64,000 bases of DNA from a virus (IMGVR_UViG_3300014208_000001:37318-101317); one strand, 5' to 3'. Positions 28,090 through 38,761 are shown, numbered from the stretch's first letter. The notes: generated by a model not told the origin, from the sequence alone. Numbers and translations are program-made.

Positions 28090-31000
28090 ATGCTCTCAAG
28101 TCCAAGTTTCCTTTTATTCCCAACGAATAATAATAGAACTGCATGGAAACCAGTAAAATTCCCAGTTATATTAGTAGCCACAAATAGATATGACCCATTA
28201 GGTATACCGATAGATAACTCAGAAATATTTAACGTTAGAATATACATCGAAAATGTCCCACACGAAGCTCGAGTAGCTGGGCATCAACATATAGGTATGC
28301 GATTCCCTGATAGAGAGTTATACGCAAGAAATATACAACCACTAGAGCTATCAGATAAATATATCCCACTAACTGCATTCACAGATTCAAATGGAGTGCC
28401 AGTAACCAATCCACAAGATAATGATATAGTAACATATACGACATCAACTGGAATAACATCAACTTTACAATATACTAAAGGCGCAGAATATTATGATTTA
28501 AGTGATATTACAGTAGAAGTAGAACAATTACCATCTAGCATCTATAATTTAGTATACGAATGCTCATTCTTTTCAAGAGTCGTATCAATAGAAAACCAAG
28601 AAGAATTACTATGCATAGACACAAATACAACAGCATTATCACAAACTAGAATATTAATAAATCACCCAGGAGAAATACTAGAAGAATTATTCAATAGAAC
28701 ACCAGGAATCTTATTCACAGCACAAAACAAAGCATCAGACAAAACAATCGAATTTTATAGACCATTCTCAGACACATTACAAAATATATTGGATGAACAA
28801 AACTTATTAAGATCATTAAATTGGATATATGATGCGCCAGCCGAATCATTACCATTAATAAGTGACTTATTAGGTTGGAATGTACCATATTTCCCACAAT
28901 CATTAGACAAATTACGGAAGGCAGTATTAAGAAAAACTGTAGAATTACAGCATTTAAAAGGGTCAAAACAAGCGATAACAGAACTCTTCAAATTATTCGG
29001 ATTTGAAATATTAATAACAAACTTATGGATATCAAAAGACGGCAGCAGATTAATACGCCCAAATCAATCACTGCCAATAGCATATCAAGACCAAGAAATA
29101 CCAATAAATATCGTTCCACAAATAGATGCGATATTAAATAATTATAGGACTAATGGATATGGTTCTCTAACAATACCATTATTATTTAAACCACAAGAAG
29201 TAGTCGGATTAGATAATTTCGCAGCATTACAAGCTGGCGGAAATATTACACTAGACGCATATATAGTTGATGTATCATCTGACGCATATACAACATTAAC
29301 ATCAATAATATCGGATATAGAAAGTAACCCAAATAATTATGGTGAAACATCTACATTTTTAGAAACAGATGGGTATTTGCTACCCATTTCAATAAGCGAC
29401 GCGATGCGTGGCCTTGAGGTTCTGGGCCACAGCCAAATCTTGATATCGGGGAAGTTCGGAGAGGCCGCCGACGAGGTTCTCGTGGGCCAAGAACCACCAC
29501 TTTCGAAACTAGGCTGCTCTTTAGACAGGCTAAATAATAACTTATCAATAACATTTAATGGATATATAGATTTCACAGATACTGCTATATTCGCATTCGC
29601 ATCATATAAAAAAGCTGAATATGATATCCCACCTGATTTAATAAATTTACAAAGCAATTGGTTTGATATACAATTATTAACACAAGACTTAGAAGAATCA
29701 GCTGACCCAACAACATTAGAATTTGCACTGGAATTCTTACGTAACGTAAAAGCATTTCATAGTTTATTAAATGTAGTAGCACAACGTATAGAATTGAACG
29801 ATGATTATGAAGTAACAGATTTAAAAATTGGCGGAAATATCAAACAACGATATGACATCGACTTTGGCAAATTACAAGTACCACCCGCTATATTACCATT
29901 AGACCCATCAAACTCATGTACAAGTCAAGACCCTAAAGATTTAGGCTATAAAGATTCAGACCTATTATATAGAAGTAGAAAAATACAATCTTTAATAGAG
30001 GAGTTCACAGCAGCTCTTCTATACGAAGATGGTGCTATAAAAAATCAGAATAGAACCAAAGAAGACATATCAACTGGTATAGAATTCGGATTCGTAAATC
30101 CAACAACAACAGCCGGGCAAGGTGACGCCCAATCAATAGAAACAATAGATCCAAGTGCCAATTCTTATACAGCAAACGCAAATAGTTCAGAATATTCATC
30201 ATTTATAAGAGAATACACCGAAGATAGAACACCATATGAAGAATTAGATGGATCAAGTGATTATTATTATGCTGGAAGAATTAAAGATGACATACTTTAT
30301 CAATCTACGATTAAAATAGATGATTTTATCGCAAGATCGCCATGTTTAATAACATATAGCTCTGGAGTTTATTGGACATATCCAACATACAGTGAAATGT
30401 ATAGAAGAGGCGTTAGTGGTAACATCGATAACTCTAGAAAAATACTATACACAAGCGGTAGACCATCTTCTGGAGAACAAATAGATGGTATACAGCAATC
30501 ATATATAACTTCAACTGGCAATATCACATCAGATACTATCAGTAATTTAAATATTATGTATAGAAAATCAAGAATATCAATAGACACTTCACTACATTAT
30601 AGTAATAGACCATACCCAGAATATTATGATCAAAATTGGTACGTCGCATTAAATAAACCTAGTCTGAATGTTACTAAAACTAATATGCACTTGCCTGGCT
30701 GCAGGTTTCCAAGATATGGTATTAAAACTACATATACACACCCATTATATAATAAAAAACCATGGGATGACGATTACTGCTCAGACCCAACATTTATGGA
30801 TGCTATATTAGTTAATGATACCGCTGGTGATGAAGTATTATCATACCCAGTTAACTCTATAACATACACAGGTAATGGATTAGACCAAGACATATTTTCA
30901 TATGGTGATCATTCTGATTATACTGGTGATACGTCGCGTGTCATCCATAAGATCTATTTAAATCAATTTAGTGGCCATGAAGCTATCGAATGGGAGGATG

Positions 31001-31512
31001 ATGATCAAGTATCATCAGTGATTACTGATATTATTAATGTTAGTAATCCTATTTTCAATAGCTATAATGAATGTGGTAGTAATTTTGTTGATTTTGCTGA
31101 TGGTTATGCTAGTTTAAGTGGCTACCAAACTTATAATGAAGTTATTCGTAATAACATTGATAGAGATGGTTCTAATTCTGAATTATTAATTGCGTTGGGG
31201 TGTCCTGTTGATCCTGTGTCTATTACAGCTTTATTTTTATATGGTTCTGGTATTCAAGTTGAAAATGGTTATAGGTACGATTGTGGGTGTTTATTAACAC
31301 CTTGTGGTGTCACTAATATTACTGATGTTACTTGGCAAGAAGATATTGATAATACTATTTGCTCTATTGATAATTATGTTGATGCTGATGGGAAGTATGA
31401 TTTTGGATATGATTTAATGACTATTGATCAACGTTTGAGGTTTGATGAGTCGATTGGTATTGCTGATGTTTATTTTAATGGTGGTATTGGATCGTTTTTA
31501 GAGAGCGTTTAA
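28090..31512 (+). CDS. Baseplate wedge / tail protein with P2 gpI-like domain
   Basis: APAESLPLISDLLGW...LRKTVELQHLKGSKQAITELFKLFGF, later VKAFHS; 1140 aa. Confidence 0.75.
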   Translation: MLSSPSFLLFPTNNNRTAWKPVKFPVILVATNRYDPLGIPIDNSEIFNVRIYIENVPHEARVAGHQHIGMRFPDRELYARNIQPLELSDKYIPLTAFTDSNGVPVTNPQDNDIVTYTTSTGITSTLQYTKGAEYYDLSDITVEVEQLPSSIYNLVYECSFFSRVVSIENQEELLCIDTNTTALSQTRILINHPGEILEELFNRTPGILFTAQNKASDKTIEFYRPFSDTLQNILDEQNLLRSLNWIYDAPAESLPLISDLLGWNVPYFPQSLDKLRKAVLRKTVELQHLKGSKQAITELFKLFGFEILITNLWISKDGSRLIRPNQSLPIAYQDQEIPINIVPQIDAILNNYRTNGYGSLTIPLLFKPQEVVGLDNFAALQAGGNITLDAYIVDVSSDAYTTLTSIISDIESNPNNYGETSTFLETDGYLLPISISDAMRGLEVLGHSQILISGKFGEAADEVLVGQEPPLSKLGCSLDRLNNNLSITFNGYIDFTDTAIFAFASYKKAEYDIPPDLINLQSNWFDIQLLTQDLEESADPTTLEFALEFLRNVKAFHSLLNVVAQRIELNDDYEVTDLKIGGNIKQRYDIDFGKLQVPPAILPLDPSNSCTSQDPKDLGYKDSDLLYRSRKIQSLIEEFTAALLYEDGAIKNQNRTKEDISTGIEFGFVNPTTTAGQGDAQSIETIDPSANSYTANANSSEYSSFIREYTEDRTPYEELDGSSDYYYAGRIKDDILYQSTIKIDDFIARSPCLITYSSGVYWTYPTYSEMYRRGVSGNIDNSRKILYTSGRPSSGEQIDGIQQSYITSTGNITSDTISNLNIMYRKSRISIDTSLHYSNRPYPEYYDQNWYVALNKPSLNVTKTNMHLPGCRFPRYGIKTTYTHPLYNKKPWDDDYCSDPTFMDAILVNDTAGDEVLSYPVNSITYTGNGLDQDIFSYGDHSDYTGDTSRVIHKIYLNQFSGHEAIEWEDDDQVSSVITDIINVSNPIFNSYNECGSNFVDFADGYASLSGYQTYNEVIRNNIDRDGSNSELLIALGCPVDPVSITALFLYGSGIQVENGYRYDCGCLLTPCGVTNITDVTWQEDIDNTICSIDNYVDADGKYDFGYDLMTIDQRLRFDESIGIADVYFNGGIGSFLESV

Positions 31513-31619
31513 TAGTAATGTATTAATATGCGTAAAACTAAATACAATTGCATCAATGTGCGTAACGTATATAAAAATAGAGCGGAAATGGTTCGCTCAA
31601 ATTTTTAAAGGGTTTGACT

Positions 31620-31925
31620 ATGTCAACGGCTGTGAAATCGGATGGTAAAATTCAATCTTATGCTGAAAAATTCATTGACTCATTCGATGAATTAAAAGAA
31701 GATCAAATTATGAAAGCTGTAGAATATTTTTCATCTATTAAACAAAATAATCGTGAAGTGATTGATGATATAAATTTACCAACACTTTGCGGTATTATAT
31801 GTAAGTTTTATAACAGATTCAATAAATGTCCGGCAATATTCAAGAAATATTGTGAGATTAAATTGAAGCAAGGTAAAACAAGTTGGGCGGCTGAATTAAA
31901 AACAACTAAATTACCTTGGGAATAA
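31620..31925 (+). CDS. Hypothetical protein
   Basis: ATG 31620, about 100 aa. Confidence 0.65.
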   Translation: MSTAVKSDGKIQSYAEKFIDSFDELKEDQIMKAVEYFSSIKQNNREVIDDINLPTLCGIICKFYNRFNKCPAIFKKYCEIKLKQGKTSWAAELKTTKLPWE

Positions 31926-31932
31926 TAAAAAG

Positions 31933-31967
31933 AAAACACCCTCCAGTTTTTATCTGGAGGGTGTTTT
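31933..31967. terminator. Bidirectional intrinsic terminator
   Basis: AAAACACCCTCCAG-7nt-CTGGAGGGTGTTTT between convergent genes. Confidence 0.85.
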
Positions 31968-32224
31968 TAAATAAATTTAACTGTTTTCTTTTCAGCAAAT
32001 TCACCAATCAATGCAAACATCCATGACATAATTATAAGAATCCAATTATTTTGATGATACAATATCGTAGCGATTATAGCAACTGTGATTCTTGGTGCGA
32101 ATAACCAACCAAGCCAATATAATATGCCTCCACCGTAACTTGTAAAGAAGAGCATTGTTAATCTTGGAAAGAAAAACATTATAAATATGAACAGTATAGA
32201 ATGGTTGGTCCAAAAATTGTACAT
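31967..32224 (-). CDS. Small integral membrane protein
   Basis: Hydrophobic, FFFPRLTML and LGWLFAPR. Confidence 0.75.
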   Translation of the reverse strand: MYNFWTNHSILFIFIMFFFPRLTMLFFTSYGGGILYWLGWLFAPRITVAIIATILYHQNNWILIIMSWMFALIGEFAEKKTVKFI

Positions 32225-32242
32225 GTTTTTCCTTTAATAGTG

Positions 32243-32815
32243 ATGATTATTGGCTGCTGCTGCGCAAAGGGCAGGAACTTAAACAGCTACGCTCGTTGAG
32301 TCCGCTGGAGCGGTGGTGCGTTTAACGGCTGTATTGGCCAGTTGACGCTTTACTGTTCAGCAGGAGAATGGAAACTTGACATCGTCGATCAACTCGGATT
32401 TTGTCCTACTGAGACTATCACTGCAACGACAGGAACGTGTTCTCCGTTCTCACTCGACTTTACATTTACCCCGCCTCCGTGCTTTGGTTGCTCAGACGGA
32501 ACTCTCGCGATTACGGTGACGGAGTAGAGTTGGATGGCTGTAATCCAGATCCTTGCCAGTGGCGACTTTCGCACCTTTGACACGACCAGATGATCAAATC
32601 AGAATCGAGTGCCTGATGATAGCCACATGTACTACATCGGTAATGGAGCAACTGCCAGCTCGCTGGACTTCCAGCTATGGTCCTGCATGATGCAGAGAGT
32701 GCAGCACCAATCAAGCAGATTACAATAATGACCAGGATCGGCTTAACCATGTGTGATTGCTCCTCATTTAGTGGAAGGGCTCGCAACTGGTGCGAGGGGC
32801 GGGATGGTGAGTTTG
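32243..32815 (+). pseudogene. GC-rich foreign insert with decayed Cys-rich gene fragments
   Basis: About 50% GC; MIIGCCC...*VRWSGG...CSPFSLDF...ITVTE, MAVIQ...TR*, MCDCSSFSGRARNWCEG. Confidence 0.55.
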
Positions 32816-33151
32816 TTTTGAATATATCATGCTGTTAAATTTATCAAAACCATCATAGTCAATTATTTTGATACTCTCGTCAATACCAATGTCTTCATTG
32901 GCTAATCCATTATTATACATAAATCGCATATATTTATTATCAATTCGTATTTCAACATCACAAAATGCTGCGTATCTTTTAGCTACAAATATAATATCAT
33001 CTCTTGATACGATATAATCAGAACCATATAAACAAACAAAATCATTTATTATCAAATTGATTAGTTCACTTACTGGCTGTGTGGTATAATCCGATGATAT
33101 TAGTATAGCGCCATCATGGATCGTACTCAAACTATAATAATATTGTATCAT
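32768..33151 (-). CDS. Family A paralogue; C-terminus runs into the GC-rich insert
   Basis: MIQYYY, ELINLIINDF, IKIIDY. Confidence 0.75.
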   Translation of the reverse strand: MIQYYYSLSTIHDGAILISSDYTTQPVSELINLIINDFVCLYGSDYIVSRDDIIFVAKRYAAFCDVEIRIDNKYMRFMYNNGLANEDIGIDESIKIIDYDGFDKFNSMIYSKQTHHPAPRTSCEPFH

Positions 33152-33363
33152 TGTTCAAACTCTATCATACTATCTAATGCTTCATTTTGCGTTACTATAT
33201 ATGGTGACCAATCTTCTGTATCATTAATATAATATGTGTTATCGATTTTATAAACTAATAATATAGCCCACCAACTCCATCCTGAATCTGTTTCAAGGTA
33301 CAATATTTCAGCATGATTTAAATCGATATTCCAATATTCAGTAACATAATCATATTCGTTCAT
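33148..33363 (-). CDS. Small acidic hypothetical protein
   Basis: 71 aa, overlapping starts/stops. Confidence 0.65.
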   Translation of the reverse strand: MNEYDYVTEYWNIDLNHAEILYLETDSGWSWWAILLVYKIDNTYYINDTEDWSPYIVTQNEALDSMIEFEQ

Positions 33364-33802
33364 TTGCCGGCCTCACCGCGCCTGATTCTTTTATTTTAAT
33401 ATTGAAACCATTATAATATTTACTATATGAGTCGATATAGTTAATTATTTTATTTGTTTTCTTTACAACATATATCATAATATCTTTTTGAGTATCATGC
33501 CCGATAGATACTAGCCATTTCGGGTGTGTTGGTTTTGTTATTGCTTCATATAATTCTTCTGTGGCTTCGTCTATTGTCATTTTGACATCTTCTGGTGCCC
33601 ATCCATATCCAGTTTCTTCTTGACCTATAGTACCGTCTGATTTTATTTCGTGCCATCTCCAATGATTTGAAACACCATATGTTCCCCAAAATTGGCCTGA
33701 TATTATCTTCACAGTACGGCCATCAGGGTGTTTAGTTATTAAACCAACACTTAATCTGCTACCGTACGTTGCTTCGACAATATCTTTAACCCACGGTTCC
33801 AT
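33350..33802 (-). CDS. Hypothetical protein
   Basis: Likely start MEPWV; HPDGR..KI.SGQFWG..GVSNHW.W. Confidence 0.65.
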   Translation of the reverse strand: MEPWVKDIVEATYGSRLSVGLITKHPDGRTVKIISGQFWGTYGVSNHWRWHEIKSDGTIGQEETGYGWAPEDVKMTIDEATEELYEAITKPTHPKWLVSIGHDTQKDIMIYVVKKTNKIINYIDSYSKYYNGFNIKIKESGAVRPANERI

Positions 33803-33810
33803 TGATATGC

Positions 33811-34221
33811 TCACTTTCCGTACCACAAGTATGCTGGACGTACAGCACAAATCGCACAATTGATCGATCCTACATCACCCCAATCTTCAACGTATACTCG
33901 CCATCCTAATTTATTGTCACCGTCATGGTCTGCGTTAGCATCCCATCCTGTCATTTCTGGTTTTGGTTCATTAGATTCTAACCATTGCATTGTTATTTCA
34001 GCGGCTTGTCTGGCTGATAAAGCGATATCATATATTATTGCTCTACTAATATGTGGATTTGTCCATAACCATATTAAACCATGATTTGCGTCTAAAATTA
34101 ACCCTCTAAAACTATCATCATCATCGTTCACTAATTTCAATGTTCTTGTTAACATGTCAAGACCATGACCGTTAACATTGAATATTTTGTTATCCCACAT
34201 GCTTCGACAGTAACTCCACAT
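33811..34221 (-). CDS. Hypothetical phage protein
   Basis: DHDGDN..GWRVY.E.WG, PAYLWYGK. Confidence 0.7.
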   Translation of the reverse strand: MWSYCRSMWDNKIFNVNGHGLDMLTRTLKLVNDDDDSFRGLILDANHGLIWLWTNPHISRAIIYDIALSARQAAEITMQWLESNEPKPEMTGWDANADHDGDNKLGWRVYVEDWGDVGSINCAICAVRPAYLWYGK

Positions 34222-34224
34222 AAG

Positions 34225-34584
34225 TTATCCAGCAGTGTCAATTTCAACGTGTCCGAAAATGATTATACCTTCGTCTACGCCAGTTTCAAAATCATCCTTA
34301 AAATCTACTATAGCTCCTAAAGTATCATAATGAATAACATGCTTAGTGATATCACTTATTTTAATACACCCTATACGGCCTGAATCAACTGGGTGTGTGG
34401 TTCCGATATTTGATTTATATGATCCGTCGCCGTAAGCTGTGCCATAATTAGCAAATCGTCGCTCACCCATTACAAATTCACCATCTTTTACATTATTTCC
34501 ATCTATGATAATATCGCATAACTCGTGCCATTCTTCGATCACGTAGCATAAGTCGCCGATATAGTATGTTCCGGCTGGCATCAT
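34225..34584 (-). CDS. Hypothetical phage protein
   Basis: PAGTYYIGDLCYV, TAYGDG.Y, VDSG.IG; AGGAG RBS. Confidence 0.75.
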   Translation of the reverse strand: MMPAGTYYIGDLCYVIEEWHELCDIIIDGNNVKDGEFVMGERRFANYGTAYGDGSYKSNIGTTHPVDSGRIGCIKISDITKHVIHYDTLGAIVDFKDDFETGVDEGIIIFGHVEIDTAG

Positions 34585-34603
34585 TTTGTGCTCCTATGTA
34601 AGT

Positions 34604-34637
34604 GATTGGCCTCGAAAGTTACCTTTCGAGGCCAATC
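34604..34637 (-). terminator. Perfect 15-bp hairpin with GTAA loop (minus strand) downstream of DUF1559 gene
   Basis: GATTGGCCTCGAAAG-TTAC-CTTTCGAGGCCAATC; weak U tract. Confidence 0.6.
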
Positions 34638-34720
34638 GGTGTTGGTTTGATCATCAACGGCCTAGGAAACTGCAGCGACCAAACCAGCCCCCGTACTCCT
34701 TACAATACGCGTCGCGTCGA

Positions 34721-35875
34721 TTAGTAGTCGGTTTGATTCACAATTTGCTGACCGTAACGACGGCCATCTGGTGTGAGCAAACGAGCATAGACATATTGAT
34801 CCATGTTCTCGCTCAGCGACCGAACACTCCCATCACACATTCCAACATTTAGTGCACCGGCATGATTAGAACTCAAACGTGGCTGGACACTAGTAGATGT
34901 CAAATGCGAGTTGAATCGTGACAGTGTGTTACCAGATCCACCCCAATTAGCAGCGGTAATTGTAGGTGCACCAATTGGATTCAAAGGACCATTATTTGCT
35001 GCTAATGCCGCACTGCTCCAACCAGCAGGTTGATTAGCATCAACAATCCAACCGAAACCAATACGATGCACTAGCGGTGATGCCCAACCACTATTCACAT
35101 CAGTTCCGACTACTGTCAATCCTGCTGTAATATTCTCACCGATCATGATTGTCGACGTGGTCCCATCACTTTGTGAAATGTAATCAAGGCTTGAACGGAA
35201 GGTGTCACTCTTCATCGCCAGTTCGGCTACCGAATTTGGGGCGGTACTAGAAAACATCTGAGCTGGTCGCCAGAACACACCACTGGCATAAGCCACCGAT
35301 GCGTCTTGAGCGGTACCAATTGTGCCATCGACATCATAATCGACACGGTAAGCATCATGTTGGCCGTCACTGAAGTACGATGTCGAAATATATCCGGCAT
35401 TTGCAACGTATGACAACCCCAGCGATTTCTGGTGATTGTTCTGATCGTCTGGACAAGTAAACGCTTTGACCCAGATTTTCTGCTCAGGAGTCAAATCGGC
35501 CGACCCGTTGGTATCGAGATCAGTAGGCGGTGCACTGCGGAATGTTCGATGTAATGCGGCATTGTCCAATGCCGGTAAAATTGTCACAGGCCACGAATGA
35601 ACGTATTGTGTGATTCCGTTTGCCGGATTATCGAGTTGAATTGTATCGACCAGCCGTGGCAGTTTGTCGCCGTTCCCTGTGGCAACATTGTGAATAGCCA
35701 ACACCATTTGCTTGACATTATTTTGACACTCGAGCTTGCGTGCTGCTCGACGGGCGTTTTGAACGGCAGGCAGGATCAGCGACATGAGAACCGCGATGAT
35801 CGAGATCACCACCAACAGTTCAATGAGCGTGAACCCCCTCCGAGAGCCAGATTGATTCTTTCGAAAACTACGCAT
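34721..35875 (-). CDS. DUF1559 family prepilin-type protein with H-X9-DG motif (Planctomycetota type)
   Basis: [42 protein letters not shown]; SW...ILP; CPDD; DGTTST; [15 protein letters not shown]; ATG 35875 after GAGAGGG. Confidence 0.95.
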   Translation of the reverse strand: MRSFRKNQSGSRRGFTLIELLVVISIIAVLMSLILPAVQNARRAARKLECQNNVKQMVLAIHNVATGNGDKLPRLVDTIQLDNPANGITQYVHSWPVTILPALDNAALHRTFRSAPPTDLDTNGSADLTPEQKIWVKAFTCPDDQNNHQKSLGLSYVANAGYISTSYFSDGQHDAYRVDYDVDGTIGTAQDASVAYASGVFWRPAQMFSSTAPNSVAELAMKSDTFRSSLDYISQSDGTTSTIMIGENITAGLTVVGTDVNSGWASPLVHRIGFGWIVDANQPAGWSSAALAANNGPLNPIGAPTITAANWGGSGNTLSRFNSHLTSTSVQPRLSSNHAGALNVGMCDGSVRSLSENMDQYVYARLLTPDGRRYGQQIVNQTDY

Positions 35876-35982
35876 GGTCAAACCCTCTCAATCCTAATGT
35901 GTGTTTGGCGAAATTGCCAACAAACTCTTACAAAATAAACGTAGCCGGTAAAACCCGATCAACAAAAAATCAAATTTATATT

Positions 35983-36411
35983 ATGAAAATATCATTAATA
36001 CATGAAGAATTCACACCTCATGAGATGCAATTATTGCAACGTTTCAATGGTAAAATATTAGATAGTATAGAAATAAATAATTATGAAATGTATTTAATAT
36101 CAATGAAACACCCAATGTACCCAAAAGACCTTCAATTACAATTAGCTATACAACAAACTGGGAAAAGTATTTGGTCCCCACAAGATCAAACAGAAAAAAC
36201 AAAATTCAACCCACGTAATGCAATTGTTATAAAACCATTACTATCAAAATTAAATGAATGGCTAAGTAACTATAAAAGCATATCAATAGCGTCACTGAAT
36301 CAAAATAAAGCGTCACAATGGGCTAGATTATTACAAAGATTCGGATATAATATTGCTTCAAAATCGTTTCATGGTATGGATTATTATATGGTATCTAATA
36401 ATCAGACATAA
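35983..36411 (+). CDS. Hypothetical protein with MKISLIHEE leader
   Basis: ATG 35983 three nt after CAAATTTAT. Confidence 0.65.
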   Translation: MKISLIHEEFTPHEMQLLQRFNGKILDSIEINNYEMYLISMKHPMYPKDLQLQLAIQQTGKSIWSPQDQTEKTKFNPRNAIVIKPLLSKLNEWLSNYKSISIASLNQNKASQWARLLQRFGYNIASKSFHGMDYYMVSNNQT

Positions 36412-36820
36412 ATCCAACTAATTTGCCATCGTCATAAATATAAAATGCAATTTTATTACTATGTGGCCCAGAAATATAATCATCCCATTTAATATTGAAA
36501 TTATACACTTCCTTTGGAGGTACTGTAACAATAAATATAGTTTCTTCACCGAACATATTCGAGCGCCGATTGCGACATTGCATCACGGCACGAATCATAA
36601 TAGGTTTATCATTGAAATTTGTAAAACTTGATAATGATTTTGATCGTTCAAACGACCCTAAATAATCAATTTTATAAACAGTTGTGATACTATTAATAGA
36701 TTGTTTTTCTTCTGATTTAGTAATAGCAATAGCTAACTTATAAAGTAGTAAACCGGTTAATATAAAAGAACATACAAAAAATGCAAGTATTAAGGATATT
36801 ATTACGTAATATGCTCTCAC
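36395..36820 (-). CDS. Membrane-anchored protein
   Basis: N-terminal hydrophobic helix. Confidence 0.65.
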   Translation of the reverse strand: MRAYYVIISLILAFFVCSFILTGLLLYKLAIAITKSEEKQSINSITTVYKIDYLGSFERSKSLSSFTNFNDKPIMIRAVMQCRNRRSNMFGEETIFIVTVPPKEVYNFNIKWDDYISGPHSNKIAFYIYDDGKLVGFMSDY

Positions 36821-37002
36821 TGTTTTACCTCACTTCTTGGATTTATCAGAATCCAAATACCGTTGATCAGTTGATACCCAAGGACTTTATATGATGTCGT
36901 GTAATGTTGATGTTTCGGCCACCAACGATTATACATTGTTTTGGTTTCATAAAGTTTTTTCTTTATGATCCTCCCATTATGTGTCATTTCTATTTTGTAC
37001 AT
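36817..37002 (-). CDS. Small hypothetical protein
   Basis: Coupled start/stop with neighbours. Confidence 0.55.
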   Translation of the reverse strand: MYKIEMTHNGRIIKKKLYETKTMYNRWWPKHQHYTTSYKVLGYQLINGIWILINPRSEVKQ

Positions 37003-37196
37003 TACTTGATTCGCAAATGCACAATAGGAGACCTAATGACAATCACACGCCCACACCCAGGGCATACATGCTTATATGATTTACCACTTGGTATAACCAT
37101 ATGCGATGGCGGCTCATGTTCACGATGTAAACATGGTTTCACATTCCATGATTTATCATCATCAATAAACCCTGATTTTTCTTTATTCAATTCCAA
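37002..37196 (-). CDS. Small Zn-binding protein
   Basis: C...EHEPP.H...HVCPGCG. Confidence 0.65.
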   Translation of the reverse strand: MELNKEKSGFIDDDKSWNVKPCLHREHEPPSHMVIPSGKSYKHVCPGCGRVIVIRSPIVHLRIK

Positions 37197-37632
37197 GCTC
37201 CTGAGCGATGCTGTCCAGTTCCATTTGACGTTTCAGTTCTGGGCTAATCACAGAATCAAGTCGACGCTGTAATTCATCTAATTTAGCTCTTTTCTGATTG
37301 ATTTGGATTTTATTAATGCGTGATTGGACATCACTGACCCATTCCTTTGTTGAATACCCATCCCACGTGAATTTTGGTGGATCAATGATACCAAGACTAG
37401 CTGCTGCTATATTATATGATTGTTCTTCGTGCGTGAGGAACGAAACAATACGAATCAATTTAATAATATCATGCTCAACATTCAAATTGATAGCATCAAT
37501 GGGTTTACCAGTGAATGAAAATGAGCAGTTGGTTTTAAGATTTGGCCGTTCAGCATCAGATATTTCTTTCTTCTGCTTTTTGACCAATTCAATCAACGCC
37601 AATGTCGTTTTATCAGTCGTTGCTTTCGCCAT
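37183..37632 (-). CDS. Conserved large-phage coiled-coil protein
   Basis: KTNCSF, GYS..EW..D, ISPELKRQMEL. Confidence 0.7.
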   Translation of the reverse strand: MAKATTDKTTLALIELVKKQKKEISDAERPNLKTNCSFSFTGKPIDAINLNVEHDIIKLIRIVSFLTHEEQSYNIAAASLGIIDPPKFTWDGYSTKEWVSDVQSRINKIQINQKRAKLDELQRRLDSVISPELKRQMELDSIAQELGIE

Positions 37633-38761
37633 TGTCCTTATCCTCAATCAAACTGTTGTGATTTAACAAACACTTCAAACCATTTTCAAGTGTTATCGAT
37701 AATGTTTTATAAGTATTTGGAATATACGTATCAAATGCATCATGTTTTGAATATGATGAATAACTACTATCTCTAACTCTATTAGCATCATATCTATCTT
37801 TAAAACTATTAGCGTTAATTTTACATTGCGACAACACACCGTTATTTAATGTAATTCTAGAATGAATATATGTACAATGTACTCTTTGCGAAGAATACCC
37901 AATATACATATCGTGTTCAGAACATTTTAGAAATGACATTGGCGATTCTTGATGATACCAATAAGTGCTCCAATCGACTTTTTTATATGGGATCAATTTA
38001 ATTTCTGCTATTTTACTACCATATACTGATTTATTGAAATAATCAACTAGCTCTGCATAATTATGTATGATAGTATCAGATACCAACATCGATATACTTG
38101 ATACATCATTTAAGAATGTGAATTTTGGTGGCTTATCTGGATACATATGAATATGATTGATAAATACGTATTTTTTGTCTACTGGTTTTTTGTCAGTCTC
38201 TGGATTATAAATATCAAATCGGCCAATATATACCAAAGATTCTTGTTTCTTATTGATATAAGTGGCACCACGTATTAATTCTTTGGCTTTTATCTTTTGA
38301 CTTTGTAATTTGGTATAATTAGTTGAATCGCTATAATCTTTTGATGATTCGGGCAGCAGAACTAGTTCTGTTCCATCCCATGCGTAGACAAATTTGCCTT
38401 CGAGTCCTTTACCTTTGCTACAATTGCATTCGCGAAGAATGAATAATAAATTGGCTACAGATATTTCGAATTCGAAATTGCGTGGATCATAGATTCTAAT
38501 ATATTCATTACGTGTATTCCAACCGTAACTTTGGCGTGCACCACCAACACCTTTATTAAGTACGAATCCTTCAGTTGGAACATTATCGTATTCAATTGGT
38601 TGGATTTTATCGTCTCTCCAACTTTGCCATGATGTTTCTTTACGCAATACGCCTTTTTGGTCATAGTAAATGACATACGCTAACATACCAGTGTATGTGT
38701 CTTTGCGTTTTTGAAATCCGACATTGATTCGAGACGGAATAAATAATTTTTTGGTTTCCAT
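37613..38761 (-). CDS. Conserved large-phage hypothetical protein
   Basis: VGFQKRKDTYTG.LAYVIYYD.KG.LRKE.SW..WRD, YDPRNFEFEIS. Confidence 0.8.
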   Translation of the reverse strand: METKKLFIPSRINVGFQKRKDTYTGMLAYVIYYDQKGVLRKETSWQSWRDDKIQPIEYDNVPTEGFVLNKGVGGARQSYGWNTRNEYIRIYDPRNFEFEISVANLLFILRECNCSKGKGLEGKFVYAWDGTELVLLPESSKDYSDSTNYTKLQSQKIKAKELIRGATYINKKQESLVYIGRFDIYNPETDKKPVDKKYVFINHIHMYPDKPPKFTFLNDVSSISMLVSDTIIHNYAELVDYFNKSVYGSKIAEIKLIPYKKVDWSTYWYHQESPMSFLKCSEHDMYIGYSSQRVHCTYIHSRITLNNGVLSQCKINANSFKDRYDANRVRDSSYSSYSKHDAFDTYIPNTYKTLSITLENGLKCLLNHNSLIEDKDNGESND

